Program-made: the position numbers and the translations under genes | Origin: an uncultured Terricaulis sp. | GTDB taxonomy: Bacteria > Pseudomonadota > Alphaproteobacteria > Caulobacterales > Aquidulcibacteraceae | Reading direction: 5' to 3' | Length of the DNA: 64,000 nucleotides | Assembly: GCA_964540785.1 (NCBI GenBank) | Contig: CAZIOD010000003.1 | Location: 1,928-65,927 of the forward strand | Notes under the pieces: generated by a model | Seen by the model: the letters and a program-made list of their open reading frames with translations, nothing else | Databases searched by the model: none | Told to the model about the DNA's origin: nothing | Part shown: positions 48,394 through 58,084 of the stretch, piece after piece | How positions within the stretch are numbered: position 1 is the stretch's first letter | Layout: each line of letters starts with the position of its first letter

Positions 48394-49886
48394 AGCTGGG
48401 CCGAGACCTTTTCAGCACACGCCGGCGCAAAGAAACCCGCAAGAATCACCGCCAGGTCGTCGCGATCAACCGGCTTGGTCAGCACCGGCGCATCGGCGAA
48501 ACGCCGATCAATTGCGCCCGGCTGATAGCCGGTAACAAAGGCGATGGGCATCTGTTGGCGTCTCAGCTCCGCGGCCAGATCGTATACGAGCTGACCGCCT
48601 ACATTAACGTCCAGCAGCGCAGCATCCGCCGAAGCAATCGACCGCTTCGCATCGTGCACGTTGGCGAAAGGCCCCAGGACTTCGGCTTCAAGCTCCTGAA
48701 CCATCCGGCTCGTCATCATCGCGATCAGCGGCTCGTCCTCAAGCACCAGGATACGCCGCCCGCGCAGCGCCAACACATCTATGTGAGCCCGCGGCGCGCT
48801 TGCGGCCGAGCTGCGCTCCGCGCTTTCGAAGTAAAAGTGCTCGCGCGGCAGACGGATGACGCAGTCAAGGCCGTCGGGACGCCATCTGCGGTCGATTGCG
48901 CCACGCAGATGAGTCTCGATACTGGCCTGGATCACGCGTGAGCCAAAGCCCACGTGCGAGGGCTTGACGACATCGACACTCCCCGCTTCCGTCCATTCCA
49001 GCTGCAGCTCGCCCTCGCTGAGTTTCCAGCTCACGGTCAAGCTTCCGTCCGCTTGTTTGAGAGCGCCGTACTTGGCGGCGTTGGTCGCCAGTTCGTGCAA
49101 CACAAGCGCCAGATTCTGCGCCGCAGCTGGGGCGATGGACACCGGGTCCCCTGCAATCCGCACACGCTCGCTACCGTACGGCGCGAGCTCTTCGTTCACC
49201 AGGCTCAAGAGATCCGCCCCGCTCCAGCGCGACTCGGATAACAGGTTGTGGGCCAGGGCCATGGCTCTAATGCGCCCTTTGATCGATTCGGCAAAGCGCT
49301 TACCGTCGTCGCTCGGCGTAAGCGCGACGAGGGACTGGATCACAGCGAGCGCGTTACGTGCGCGATGATCCACCTCGCGTGCGAGCAGTTCCTGGCGCTC
49401 GATAGCCGTCTCGAGTTGGGCGGTGCGCTCGGCTACGCGCTGCTCCAATCTATCGTTCACCCGAGCCAGGGCGCGGGTTTTGATGTAGAGATCGACGAAC
49501 ACGCGCACCTTGGCGCGCAACACGCCCGGCACGACGGGAACGGGGACATAGTCGACGCCGCCGAGTTCATAGCCCTTGAGACTGTCAAGTTCCGAGACGT
49601 TGATCGCGGAAATGAAGATTATCGCGGTGTCCTTGAAGCGCGGGTGGTCGCGGACCATTTGCGCGAGTTCAAAACCGTCGAGGTCCGGCATCGCCACATC
49701 CGACAAGATCACGGCGACATCATTCTTCAGCAGGAGTTCCAGCGCCTCCTTGGCCGAGCGGGCCTTAAGCAGATTCTGGTCAAGTTCCTCCAGAATAAGC
49801 TCGTAGCTCATCAGCTTTCCGGGCTGATCGTCCACAAGCAGAATATTGACTTTCTCTGCAAGCGCCGGAGCGTTGTCTTCAATCAT
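48390..49886 (-). CDS. Hybrid HWE histidine kinase REC-HWE_HK-REC
   Basis: N-terminal REC LLVDD/SDVAMP; EVDHRARN, HELATNAAKYGAL, W.E, GFG; C-terminal REC PIAFVTGY. Start MIEDN overlaps the upstream stop. Confidence 0.92.
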   Translation of the reverse strand: MIEDNAPALAEKVNILLVDDQPGKLMSYELILEELDQNLLKARSAKEALELLLKNDVAVILSDVAMPDLDGFELAQMVRDHPRFKDTAIIFISAINVSELDSLKGYELGGVDYVPVPVVPGVLRAKVRVFVDLYIKTRALARVNDRLEQRVAERTAQLETAIERQELLAREVDHRARNALAVIQSLVALTPSDDGKRFAESIKGRIRAMALAHNLLSESRWSGADLLSLVNEELAPYGSERVRIAGDPVSIAPAAAQNLALVLHELATNAAKYGALKQADGSLTVSWKLSEGELQLEWTEAGSVDVVKPSHVGFGSRVIQASIETHLRGAIDRRWRPDGLDCVIRLPREHFYFESAERSSAASAPRAHIDVLALRGRRILVLEDEPLIAMMTSRMVQELEAEVLGPFANVHDAKRSIASADAALLDVNVGGQLVYDLAAELRRQQMPIAFVTGYQPGAIDRRFADAPVLTKPVDRDDLAVILAGFFAPACAEKVSAQL

Positions 49887-52800
49887 CAGCGATGCAGCCA
49901 CATGCGCAGAGCGGACAAGAGCTGTTCGGTGTTGACGGGTTTTGCCAGGTAATCGGAGGCGCCTGCCTCCAGACATTTTTCGCGATCCCCTTTCATTGCT
50001 TTCGCGGTCAGAGCGATTATGGGCAAACGGCGAAATGCCGGATCCTGACGAATGAGCTGCATGGTCTGGTAGCCGTCCATCTCCGGCATCATAATGTCCA
50101 TCAATACCAGTGAAATGGAGCGATCGCTCTTCACCAAGTCGATTGCTTCCTCGCCCGTCGTCGCTGTCAGAACCTTCATGCCGCGCCGTTCCAACAAGGA
50201 AGAAAGCGCGAATATGTTGCGCGCATCATCATCGACGAGGAGCACGGTGCGGCCGAGCAGGTCTTCGTCCGACCCATGCAGACGTTCGAGCATACGCCGC
50301 TTTTCCGGCGGCAGGCCGGCGACCGCGCGGTGGAGAAACAGCGCGGTTTCGTCCAGCAGACGCTCCGGCGATTCCACGCCTTTTACCACGATACTGCGCG
50401 CCATGGCGTGAAGGCGCGCATCCTCCTCCGGCGAAAGTTCCTTGCCGGTGAACACGACCACGGGAACATCTGTCGCGCTGTCGTCCGCCCGAAGCCGCTC
50501 AAGCACATCGAAGCCTGACATGTCAGGCAAACGTAGGTCGAGCACGACGCAATCCCAGTCCTCGCTGCCTAGAAGTCTGAGCGCCTCTTCCCCCGACGCC
50601 GCCGCGACGATTTCGACGTCGTCGTACGCAAGGAGTTCCCGGATCGAGAATTGTTCGCCGGGATCGTCTTCCACAACGAGCAGCCGACGGCGGCGGGGCT
50701 TGGAGAAATCCATCACGCGCCGAATCGCATCGCTCAGCTCGTCGGGGGCGACAGGCTTGGAGATAAAATCGAAAGCGCCGCGCGCCAGGCCGTGCTGGCG
50801 ATCCTCGTCGAGAGTGAGCATCTGTACGGGTATGTGACGCAGGGCGGGATCCTGTTTCAGGCGCGAAAGCACCGTCCAACCCAGCATGTCGGGTAAAAAC
50901 ACATCGAGCGAGATAGCGGTCGGCTTGAACGCGCCCGCGAGTTCGATCGCCTCTGCGCCTGTCATAGCGACAAGGGTCTTAAGCCCCTGGTCGCGCGCGA
51001 CCCCCGCAACGATGCGCGCATAATGTGGATCGTCTTCGACGATCAGCAAAACGCTGTCGCCGGCCTGGATGTCGTTGCGGTGGTCCGGCACGCGTTCGGC
51101 GGCGGCTGGACGACTGGGGCCGAGCCGCTCGGCTTGCGCTGTGGCGGAAGGGCGCGCTTGCGCGCTGGCGCCGACATAGGCGATCGGCAGGTAAAGCGTG
51201 AAGGTGGACCCTTCGCCGGGCGTTGAACGCAGCTGGATTTCGCCGCCGAGCAATGATGCAAGCTCACGGCTGATAGCCAGCCCAAGCCCGGTGCCGCCAT
51301 AGCGGCGGCTGGTGGACGCATCCGCCTGTTGGAACGCTTCAAAGATCATCCGTTGCTTGTCGAGCGGGATGCCGATGCCAGTGTCCGACACCGTGAACGC
51401 GACGACCAGCGGCGTTTGCCCGAGAACCGGGTGATCCGCACTCCAGCCGTCCGCCGCCGCGTGCAGATCAAGCCGCACCCCGCCGGTTTCGGTGAACTTG
51501 AACGCGTTGGAGAGCAAGTTCTTCAGCACCTGCTGTAAGCGCTTGGAGTCGGTTATGATGCTGCGCCCGACGCTCGGATCCGTGCGCACATCGAACGACA
51601 GCCCGCGATTCTCCGCCTCATGCCGGAACGGCAGCGCGACGCGCTCAAGCAGGTTACGGAAATATATCTCTTCTGCCTCCACTGTCACCGTGCCGGACTC
51701 GATCTTCGACAAGTCGAGGATGTCCGAAATGAGGTTCAAGAGGTCAGTTCCGGCGCCGTGGATGGTGCGTGCAAACTCCACTTGCTTGGGCGTCAGGTTG
51801 CCGTCCGGATTGTCGGTGAGCTGCTGCCCCAGGATCAGGATCGAATTCAGCGGCGTGCGCAGCTCGTGCGACATGTTCGCCAGAAACTCGGATTTATACT
51901 TGGAGGTGAGCGCCAGTTCGGCGGCTTTTTCTTCGAGCGCGCGCCGCGCCTGCTCAAGTTCCTGATTCTTACGTTCAACTTCGACATTGCGCTCTGCAAC
52001 CTGCTGCGCCTTTTGCTCCAGCTGATCGTTGGTCTGCTGCAGCTCGGTCTGCTGAGCCTGCAATTCGCCGGCCAGTTGCTGCGACTGCACCAGCAAGTCC
52101 TCGGTTTGCATCGTCGCCTCGATCGAGTTGAGCACGATACCGATCGAGGCGGTAAGCTGTTCGAGAAAGGTAATCTGCAGGGTGGTGAATTCGCGTGTGC
52201 TGGCGAGTTCGATCACCGCCTTGACCTGTCCCTCGAACAGCACCGGCAAGATGACAATGTTGCGCGGCGCAGAGCGGAAGAACGCCGAGCGGATCGGCAC
52301 GACGTTACCGGCCGTTTCGGTGATGATCATACGCCGCTTATCCGCTGCGCATTGACCGATCATGCCGTCACCTATGCGCATTCGCGTCGGATGAGCGTAG
52401 TCGATATCATCCGCATACGCCGCCAGGAGACGCAATGCGGGCTCGCCCTCATCGCTGACGCGCTGGTAAATAACGCCTTGGTGCGCATCGACGAGCGGGG
52501 CGAGCTCCGACAACAGCAGCCGGCCGACCGAGCCCAGATCGCGCTGCCCCTGCAGCATCGACGTGAACTTTGCGAGGTTGGTTTTCAGCCAGTCCTGTTC
52601 GGTGTTGCGTTCCGTGGTAAGGCGGAGATTGTCGATCATCGTGTTGATGTTGTCTTTGAGTTCGGCCACTTCGCCGCGTGCGTCCACTTCGATAGCACGC
52701 GTCAAATCGCCTTTCGTCACCGCCGTCGCGACCTCAGCGATGGCTCGAACCTGGGTGGTGAGGTTCGCCGCCAGCAGATTCACGTTGCCGGTGAGATCCT

Positions 52801-55606
52801 TCCAGGTGCCGGCCGCGCCCGGCACGTTGGCCTGACCGCCGAGACGGCCCTCGACGCCGACTTCCCTCGCCACCGTCGTCACCTGATCGGCGAAGGTGGC
52901 GAGCGTGCGCGTCATGTTGTTGATGGTGTCCGCGAGCGCGGCCACCTCGCCCTTCGATTTTACGGTGAGGTTCTGGGTGAGATCGCCTTCCGCGACCGCG
53001 GTCACGACTTTGACAATGCCGCGCACTTGTTCGGTCAGGTTCGCGGCCATCACGTTGACGGTGTCGGTCAAGTCCTTCCAGGTGCCGGCGACGCCGGGAA
53101 CAACGGCCTGTCCGCCAAGCTGGCCTTCGGTGCCGACTTCGCGCGCCACGCGCGTCACTTCCGAGGCGAAGGCGTTGAGCTGATCGACCATCGTGTTGAT
53201 GGTGTTTTTCAGTTCCAGGATTTCGCCTTTCACGTCGACAGTAATTTTCCGGGTCAAATCCCCGCGCGCCACGGCGGTCGTCACCTCGGCGATATTGCGG
53301 ACCTGCGTCGTGAGGTTCGCGGCGAGCAGGTTCACGTTATCGGTCAAGTCCTTCCAGGTGCCGCCGACGCCGGGCACGACCGCCTGGCCGCCAAGGCGTC
53401 CCTCCGTGCCGACCTCGCGGGCGACCCGCGTCACTTCGCCAGCGAATGCGTTGAGCTGGTCGACCATCGTGTTCAGCGTGTCCTTCAGCAGCAGAATCTC
53501 GCCGCGGACATCGACGGTAATCTTCTTGGACAGATCGCCATTGGCGATGGCGGTGGCGACCTCGGCGATGTTGCGCACCTGCGCCGTAAGGTTCGACGCC
53601 ATGGAATTCACATTGTCAGTGAGATCTTTCCAGGTCCCCGCCACGCCCGGCACTTGCGCCTGACCGCCGAGCTTGCCTTCCGAGCCCACTTCGCGCGCCA
53701 CGCGCGTCACTTCCGAGGCGAAGGAATTCAACTGGTCCACCATCGTGTTGACGGTGTTCTTCAGCTCCGCAATCTCCCCCTTTACGTCGACCGTGACTTT
53801 GCGCGAAAGGTCGCCCTTAGCGACGGCCGTCGTGACTTCAGCGATGTTGCGAACCTGGCTCGTCAAGTTGACGGCCATCGAATTGACGTTGTCGGTGAGA
53901 TCTTTCCAGGTGCCGCCGACGCCCGGCACCTGCGCCTGCCCGCCAAGCTTGCCTTCGCTGCCGACTTCGCGCGCCACCCGCGTCACCTCCCCGGCGAAGC
54001 GGTTGAGCTGGTCGACCATTGTGTTGATCGTGTCCTTCAGTTCCAGGATTTCACCGCGCACATCGACCGTGATCTTCTTCGACAGATCGCCGTTGGCGAT
54101 GGCGGTGGACACTTCGGCAATGTTGCGCACCTGGGCCGTAAGGTTCGAGGCCATCGAGTTCACGGATTCCGTCAAGTCCTTCCAGGTGCCCGCGACGCCC
54201 GTCACGTTCGCCTGCCCGCCGAGCTGACCTTCGGTCCCGACTTCGCGGGCCACCCGGGTCACCTCGCCGGCGAACGAATTGAGCTGGTCGACCATCGTGT
54301 TGATGGTCTCTTTCAGCTGCAGGATTTCACCGGAGACATTGACCGTGATCTTCTTCGACAAATCGCCGTTGGCGATGGCCGTGGAGACTTCGGCGATGTT
54401 GCGCACCTGCGCTGTCAAATTGCCGGCCATGAAATTGACGTTGTCGGTGAGATCCTTCCACGTGCCGGCTACGCCCGGCACTTGCGCCTGACCGCCGAGT
54501 TTGCCTTCGGTGCCGACCTCGCGCGCCACCCGCGTCACTTCCGAAGCAAAAGCATTCAGCTGATCCACCATCGTATTGATGGTGTCCTTGAGTTCGAGAA
54601 TCTCGCCGCGGACGTCGACGGTGATCTTGCGCGAGAGGTCGCCGCGAGCGACGGCGGTGGTGACTTGCGCGATATTGCGGACCTGGTCCGTCAGGTTTCC
54701 GCACATAGCGTTTACGGAATCGGTCAAATCCTTCCACGTACCCGCCACACCCGGGACAATGGCTTGGCCGCCGAGTTTTCCGTCGGTGCCGACTTCGCGC
54801 GCCACGCGGGTCACTTCCGACGCGAAGGAGCGCAGCTGGTCCACCATCGTGTTGGTGGCTTCCTTCAACAACAGAATCTCGCCGCGCACGTCGACTGTGA
54901 TCTTCTTCGACAGGTCTCCGTTGGCGACGGCGATCGTCACTTCAGCGATATTGCGGACTTGGCTCGTCAGATTGTCGGCCATCGAATTCACCGATTCGGT
55001 GAGTTCTTTCCACACGCCCGTCACTTCGCGCACCTGCGCCTGGCCCCCGAGCTTGCCTTCGGTGCCGACTTCGCGCGCCACGCGCGTCACTTCCGAGGTG
55101 AACTCGCGCAGCTGGCGTATCATCGTGTTGACGATCTTCGCCGATCGCAGGAACTCGCCTTTTAGCGGCCGCCCATCGACTTCGAGGCGCACCGGCTGCA
55201 ACAGATCGCCTTGCGCAACCGCGCTGACGGCGCGGGTCATCTCCTCGGTCGGCCACAACAGATCGTCGATCAACGCATTGACGGAGCCTTCCATTTCGCC
55301 CCACGCGCCGGCGCTGTTGGCGAATTTGACGCGCTGCCTGGTGCGCCCCTCGCGCCCGACGCTGTAGCCCACGCGCTCAAGCTCGGCGGCCATGCGCTGA
55401 TTGGCGGCGACGATGTCGTTGAACGCGTCGGCCACTTTGCCCATCGCGCCGGTCCAATCGGCCGGAAGGCGCGCCGAGAAGTCGCCGACTCGCACCGATT
55501 GCAGCGATTGCAGCAATTCTCGTAATTGCACGTCGGTGACATCATCGCCAGCGCGCGGCGCTCCGTTGCTCTGGCGAGACCGCGCCGCAACCGACTTTGC
55601 TTCCAT
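49886..55606 (-). CDS. Soluble poly-HAMP/GAF hybrid histidine kinase with three receiver domains (~1906 aa)
   Basis: About 10 92-aa HAMP repeats, GAF-like region, [36 protein letters not shown], three REC domains. Start MEAKS chosen from the RBS-like GGGAG and upstream promoter. Confidence 0.93.
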   Translation of the reverse strand: MEAKSVAARSRQSNGAPRAGDDVTDVQLRELLQSLQSVRVGDFSARLPADWTGAMGKVADAFNDIVAANQRMAAELERVGYSVGREGRTRQRVKFANSAGAWGEMEGSVNALIDDLLWPTEEMTRAVSAVAQGDLLQPVRLEVDGRPLKGEFLRSAKIVNTMIRQLREFTSEVTRVAREVGTEGKLGGQAQVREVTGVWKELTESVNSMADNLTSQVRNIAEVTIAVANGDLSKKITVDVRGEILLLKEATNTMVDQLRSFASEVTRVAREVGTDGKLGGQAIVPGVAGTWKDLTDSVNAMCGNLTDQVRNIAQVTTAVARGDLSRKITVDVRGEILELKDTINTMVDQLNAFASEVTRVAREVGTEGKLGGQAQVPGVAGTWKDLTDNVNFMAGNLTAQVRNIAEVSTAIANGDLSKKITVNVSGEILQLKETINTMVDQLNSFAGEVTRVAREVGTEGQLGGQANVTGVAGTWKDLTESVNSMASNLTAQVRNIAEVSTAIANGDLSKKITVDVRGEILELKDTINTMVDQLNRFAGEVTRVAREVGSEGKLGGQAQVPGVGGTWKDLTDNVNSMAVNLTSQVRNIAEVTTAVAKGDLSRKVTVDVKGEIAELKNTVNTMVDQLNSFASEVTRVAREVGSEGKLGGQAQVPGVAGTWKDLTDNVNSMASNLTAQVRNIAEVATAIANGDLSKKITVDVRGEILLLKDTLNTMVDQLNAFAGEVTRVAREVGTEGRLGGQAVVPGVGGTWKDLTDNVNLLAANLTTQVRNIAEVTTAVARGDLTRKITVDVKGEILELKNTINTMVDQLNAFASEVTRVAREVGTEGQLGGQAVVPGVAGTWKDLTDTVNVMAANLTEQVRGIVKVVTAVAEGDLTQNLTVKSKGEVAALADTINNMTRTLATFADQVTTVAREVGVEGRLGGQANVPGAAGTWKDLTGNVNLLAANLTTQVRAIAEVATAVTKGDLTRAIEVDARGEVAELKDNINTMIDNLRLTTERNTEQDWLKTNLAKFTSMLQGQRDLGSVGRLLLSELAPLVDAHQGVIYQRVSDEGEPALRLLAAYADDIDYAHPTRMRIGDGMIGQCAADKRRMIITETAGNVVPIRSAFFRSAPRNIVILPVLFEGQVKAVIELASTREFTTLQITFLEQLTASIGIVLNSIEATMQTEDLLVQSQQLAGELQAQQTELQQTNDQLEQKAQQVAERNVEVERKNQELEQARRALEEKAAELALTSKYKSEFLANMSHELRTPLNSILILGQQLTDNPDGNLTPKQVEFARTIHGAGTDLLNLISDILDLSKIESGTVTVEAEEIYFRNLLERVALPFRHEAENRGLSFDVRTDPSVGRSIITDSKRLQQVLKNLLSNAFKFTETGGVRLDLHAAADGWSADHPVLGQTPLVVAFTVSDTGIGIPLDKQRMIFEAFQQADASTSRRYGGTGLGLAISRELASLLGGEIQLRSTPGEGSTFTLYLPIAYVGASAQARPSATAQAERLGPSRPAAAERVPDHRNDIQAGDSVLLIVEDDPHYARIVAGVARDQGLKTLVAMTGAEAIELAGAFKPTAISLDVFLPDMLGWTVLSRLKQDPALRHIPVQMLTLDEDRQHGLARGAFDFISKPVAPDELSDAIRRVMDFSKPRRRRLLVVEDDPGEQFSIRELLAYDDVEIVAAASGEEALRLLGSEDWDCVVLDLRLPDMSGFDVLERLRADDSATDVPVVVFTGKELSPEEDARLHAMARSIVVKGVESPERLLDETALFLHRAVAGLPPEKRRMLERLHGSDEDLLGRTVLLVDDDARNIFALSSLLERRGMKVLTATTGEEAIDLVKSDRSISLVLMDIMMPEMDGYQTMQLIRQDPAFRRLPIIALTAKAMKGDREKCLEAGASDYLAKPVNTEQLLSALRMWLHR
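52620..55395 (-). repeat. Intragenic 276-bp tandem repeats (poly-HAMP)
   Basis: Nine conserved [10 protein letters not shown]...WKDLT...QVRNIAEV...GDL...NTMVDQL units plus one degenerate unit. The WKDLT-coding segment recurs at ~276-nt spacing from ~52800 to ~55010. Confidence 0.92.
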
Positions 55607-55695
55607 TGAAGACGCTCCCGCCACGGACACCTGTCCCGCGCGCAAAGGCGCCGGGCGGCGGGCACGCGTCCGCACACATCCCCGCCTGAGCCCAC

Positions 55696-55720
55696 AACGC
55701 TGGCGCAGTTCCGTGGTTCC
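55696..55720 (-). promoter_or_regulatory. Sigma-EcfG promoter for poly-HAMP kinase operon
   Basis: Minus strand GGAAC-N16-CGTT, ~90 nt upstream of ATG 55606. Confidence 0.72.
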
Positions 55721-55813
55721 AGAAATTTTTTGAGGGGGTTGAAATTGCAGCGCCACAACGAGTAGGGCGGAAAACATGGTCCGCAAACTTCCGGGGAAAG
55801 CCAAGGCGTAAGG

Positions 55814-56188
55814 GTGATTTCCGCCGACCTCCTGAGCTTCATCAGGGCGTCGATCCGCTCGACCTGGGCGCTCGAGCTTCTGTTGTTGATGCGTAAGCAG
55901 GCGCCGCGCGCTGCTGCACCCGAGGAGCTGGTGCTCGCATTGCGGGCGACGACGTCTCTGGTGAACACCTGCCTCGACCAATTGCAGACGGCGGGTCTGG
56001 TCGTGCGCGAAGACGACGGGCGATGGCGCTATGCGCCGGCCGCATCGACCCTGGATGAGCTTACAGGCCAACTCGAAGCAGCGTACGCTGAGCGTCCTGT
56101 CACCGTGATCAACGCGATCATGGCGACTCCGACCGATCGCTTAAAATCTTTCGCCGACGCCTTTCGTTTTCCCAAGAAGGACGATTGA
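55814..56188 (+). CDS. Uncharacterised winged-HTH-like protein
   Basis: FIRASIRSTWALELLLL, ELVLALRAT..LV..CLDQL..AGLV, wing WRYAP, C-terminal LKSFADAFRF. Confidence 0.8.
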   Translation: MISADLLSFIRASIRSTWALELLLLMRKQAPRAAAPEELVLALRATTSLVNTCLDQLQTAGLVVREDDGRWRYAPAASTLDELTGQLEAAYAERPVTVINAIMATPTDRLKSFADAFRFPKKDD

Positions 56189-56189
56189 G

Positions 56190-56447
56190 ATGGCCGCACT
56201 GGTATATTCCCTGTGCTTTCTGACCAGCGCCATCTGCGCCGCATTGTTGATGCGCTCATACTTGCGCACGCGCACGCGCCTGCTGTTGTGGAGCGCCATC
56301 GCCTTCATCTGCCTTGCGGTGAACAACTTCTTCGTGCTCGGCGACATGATCCTGTTTCCGGACGTGAATCTGCTGATGGCCCGATACGCTGCAGCGCTCG
56401 CGGCGGCATGCGTGTTGATCTACGGCTTCATCTGGGAAGTCGAATAG
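56190..56447 (+). CDS. DUF5985-like small membrane protein
   Basis: VYSLCFLTSAICAALLMRSY...RLLLWSA..F..LAVNN...D; three TM helices. Confidence 0.8.
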   Translation: MAALVYSLCFLTSAICAALLMRSYLRTRTRLLLWSAIAFICLAVNNFFVLGDMILFPDVNLLMARYAAALAAACVLIYGFIWEVE

Positions 56448-56708
56448 ATGATCTCGCCCGACTTCTTTTCCGGCGCGATCGCGATGGGGTTCGCGGTCTG
56501 TGCTGTATTCTTCCTGCGCTTCTGGCGGCGCACGCGCGATTCCCTTTTCCTCGTTTTCTCCATCGCTTTCCTGCTGCTGGCGCTCAATCAAGCGCTAACC
56601 ACGCTGCTCGGTCTGCCGCTAGAGGAGCGCAGCTGGCTTTACCTGCTGCGCCTGGCTGCGTTCCTGATCATCATCGCCGCCATTGTACGCAAGAATCTGC
56701 GCCGCTAA
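56448..56708 (+). CDS. DUF5985-like small membrane protein
   Basis: FFSGAIAMG, FFLRFWRRTRDSLF..F..AF, YLLRLAAFLIIIAAIVRKN; three TM helices. Confidence 0.8.
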   Translation: MISPDFFSGAIAMGFAVCAVFFLRFWRRTRDSLFLVFSIAFLLLALNQALTTLLGLPLEERSWLYLLRLAAFLIIIAAIVRKNLRR

Positions 56709-56756
56709 GGCGAACTCGCGATTTGACGCCACATCGCCGGATAGAAGCGAACCGGC

Positions 56757-56846
56757 TGGCGGAGAGAGAGGGATTCGAACCCTCGATGGGCTTGCACCCA
56801 TACACGCGTTCCAGGCGTGCGCCTTCAGCCACTCGGCCACCTCTCC
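56757..56846 (-). tRNA. tRNA-Ser(GGA)
   Basis: GGAGAGGTGGCCGAGTGGCTGAAGGCGCACGCCT-GGA-ACGCGTG, long variable arm, GGTTCGAATCC, ends CCA; 90 nt. Confidence 0.97.
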
Positions 56847-56963
56847 GGCGCGGCGGTTTATGGGGGCGGCGCGCCCCGCTTGCAACTGCCGCACGCGCAC
56901 GCGCGCAGACCTCTCCCGCAGACGCCGGCGCCGGCCCTATATAGAGGCGTAGAGAGGAGTCTC

Positions 56964-57605
56964 ATGGCCAAGCTCAGCACCCTGCCCACGCCGGAAGAAG
57001 CCCTGCCAGGCCGGACCGGCCCGATTCCCACGGCCGCGACGCACGCGGTCACCGGCCAAGCGTTGAAGCCCCCCTTTCCCCAAGGGCTCGAAGAGGCCGT
57101 GTTCGGGCTCGGCTGCTTCTGGGGCGCCGAACGTAAGTTCTGGCAAACCCCAGGCGTATGGACCACAGCCGCCGGCTATGCCGGCGGCGCAACGCCGAAC
57201 CCGACCTACGAAGAAGTCTGCACCGGTCGCACCGGCCACACCGAGGTGGTCCGCGTGGTTTTCGATCCTAAGCAAGTGAGCTACGCTGAGCTGTTGCGCA
57301 TCTTCTTCGAGAACCACGACCCGACCCAGGGCATGCGCCAGGGCGGCGACATCGGCACGCAATATCGTTCCGCAATCTACACGACTTCTGCCGCACAGCA
57401 TGAGGCCGCGCATGCTGCGCGCGCCGCGTACGGCGAGCGTCTGCGCGCAGCAGGCTATGGGCCGATCACCACTGAAGTCCGCGAGGCGACTGATTTCTAC
57501 TACGCCGAAGACTACCACCAGCAATATCTGGCGAAGAATCCCGGCGGTTATTGTGGGCTCGCCGGCACCGGCGTCAGCTGTCCGACAGGTCTCGACGTCG
57601 CCTGA
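56964..57605 (+). CDS. msrA: Peptide-methionine (S)-S-oxide reductase
   Basis: [54 protein letters not shown]. Confidence 0.96.
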   Translation: MAKLSTLPTPEEALPGRTGPIPTAATHAVTGQALKPPFPQGLEEAVFGLGCFWGAERKFWQTPGVWTTAAGYAGGATPNPTYEEVCTGRTGHTEVVRVVFDPKQVSYAELLRIFFENHDPTQGMRQGGDIGTQYRSAIYTTSAAQHEAAHAARAAYGERLRAAGYGPITTEVREATDFYYAEDYHQQYLAKNPGGYCGLAGTGVSCPTGLDVA

Positions 57606-57691
57606 CGCATGCGAATCGACACGCCGTCAATACCTGCTGCAGAGCCACATGCGCGTGACGACGCGCACAGGCCGCGCTAGTCTTCACGACC

Positions 57692-58084
57692 ATGAGGGGT
57701 GACGCGCGCATCTGTCTGATCGACGACGACGTGTTCGTGCGCGATGCGCTCGCGCTGGGTCTCGGCGATGCGGGGTACAAAGTGCTCACCGCGCCAAGCG
57801 CGGCGGCCGGTTACGACCTGACGGCGCGCGAGGAGATCGATGCCGTCGTCACCGACCTCAACATGCCGGGCACGGACGGCGCGCAGCTGATCGCGAAAGT
57901 GCGCGCGCGCTGGCCGGCGCTGCCTATAGTGGCCATTTCCGGTGCTAGCGTGATGGACGGACAATCGGTGCGTGCGCTTGCACGTGCGCGCGGCGCCGAT
58001 GAGGTGCTGATCAAACCGTTTCGAGCACGCGAACTTGCTGCGGTGCTCGAGCGCTTGCTTGCCAAGCGGGGGGAAACCGCGTGA
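57692..58084 (+). CDS. Single-domain response regulator
   Basis: LIDDD, TDLNMPGTDG, AISG, KPF. Confidence 0.9.
   Translation: MRGDARICLIDDDVFVRDALALGLGDAGYKVLTAPSAAAGYDLTAREEIDAVVTDLNMPGTDGAQLIAKVRARWPALPIVAISGASVMDGQSVRALARARGADEVLIKPFRARELAAVLERLLAKRGETA

Noticed and set aside
51620-55165. 1181-aa plus-strand ORF
   Set aside because: Antisense shadow of the repetitive GC-rich poly-HAMP gene, with no protein-like motifs of its own.
52620-55395. Regularly spaced repeats as a possible CRISPR or non-coding array
   Set aside because: The period is 276 nt, in frame, and varies mostly at synonymous positions. There are no unique spacers or cas genes.
55607-56071. 155-aa N-terminal extension of the poly-HAMP ORF
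   Set aside because: It overlaps the divergent HTH gene and the EcfG promoter; ATG 55606 with an RBS-like sequence fits better.
56757-56846. tRNA-Ser as a genomic island attachment site
   Set aside because: No integrase, and I found no duplicated tRNA 3' end by eye within the window.
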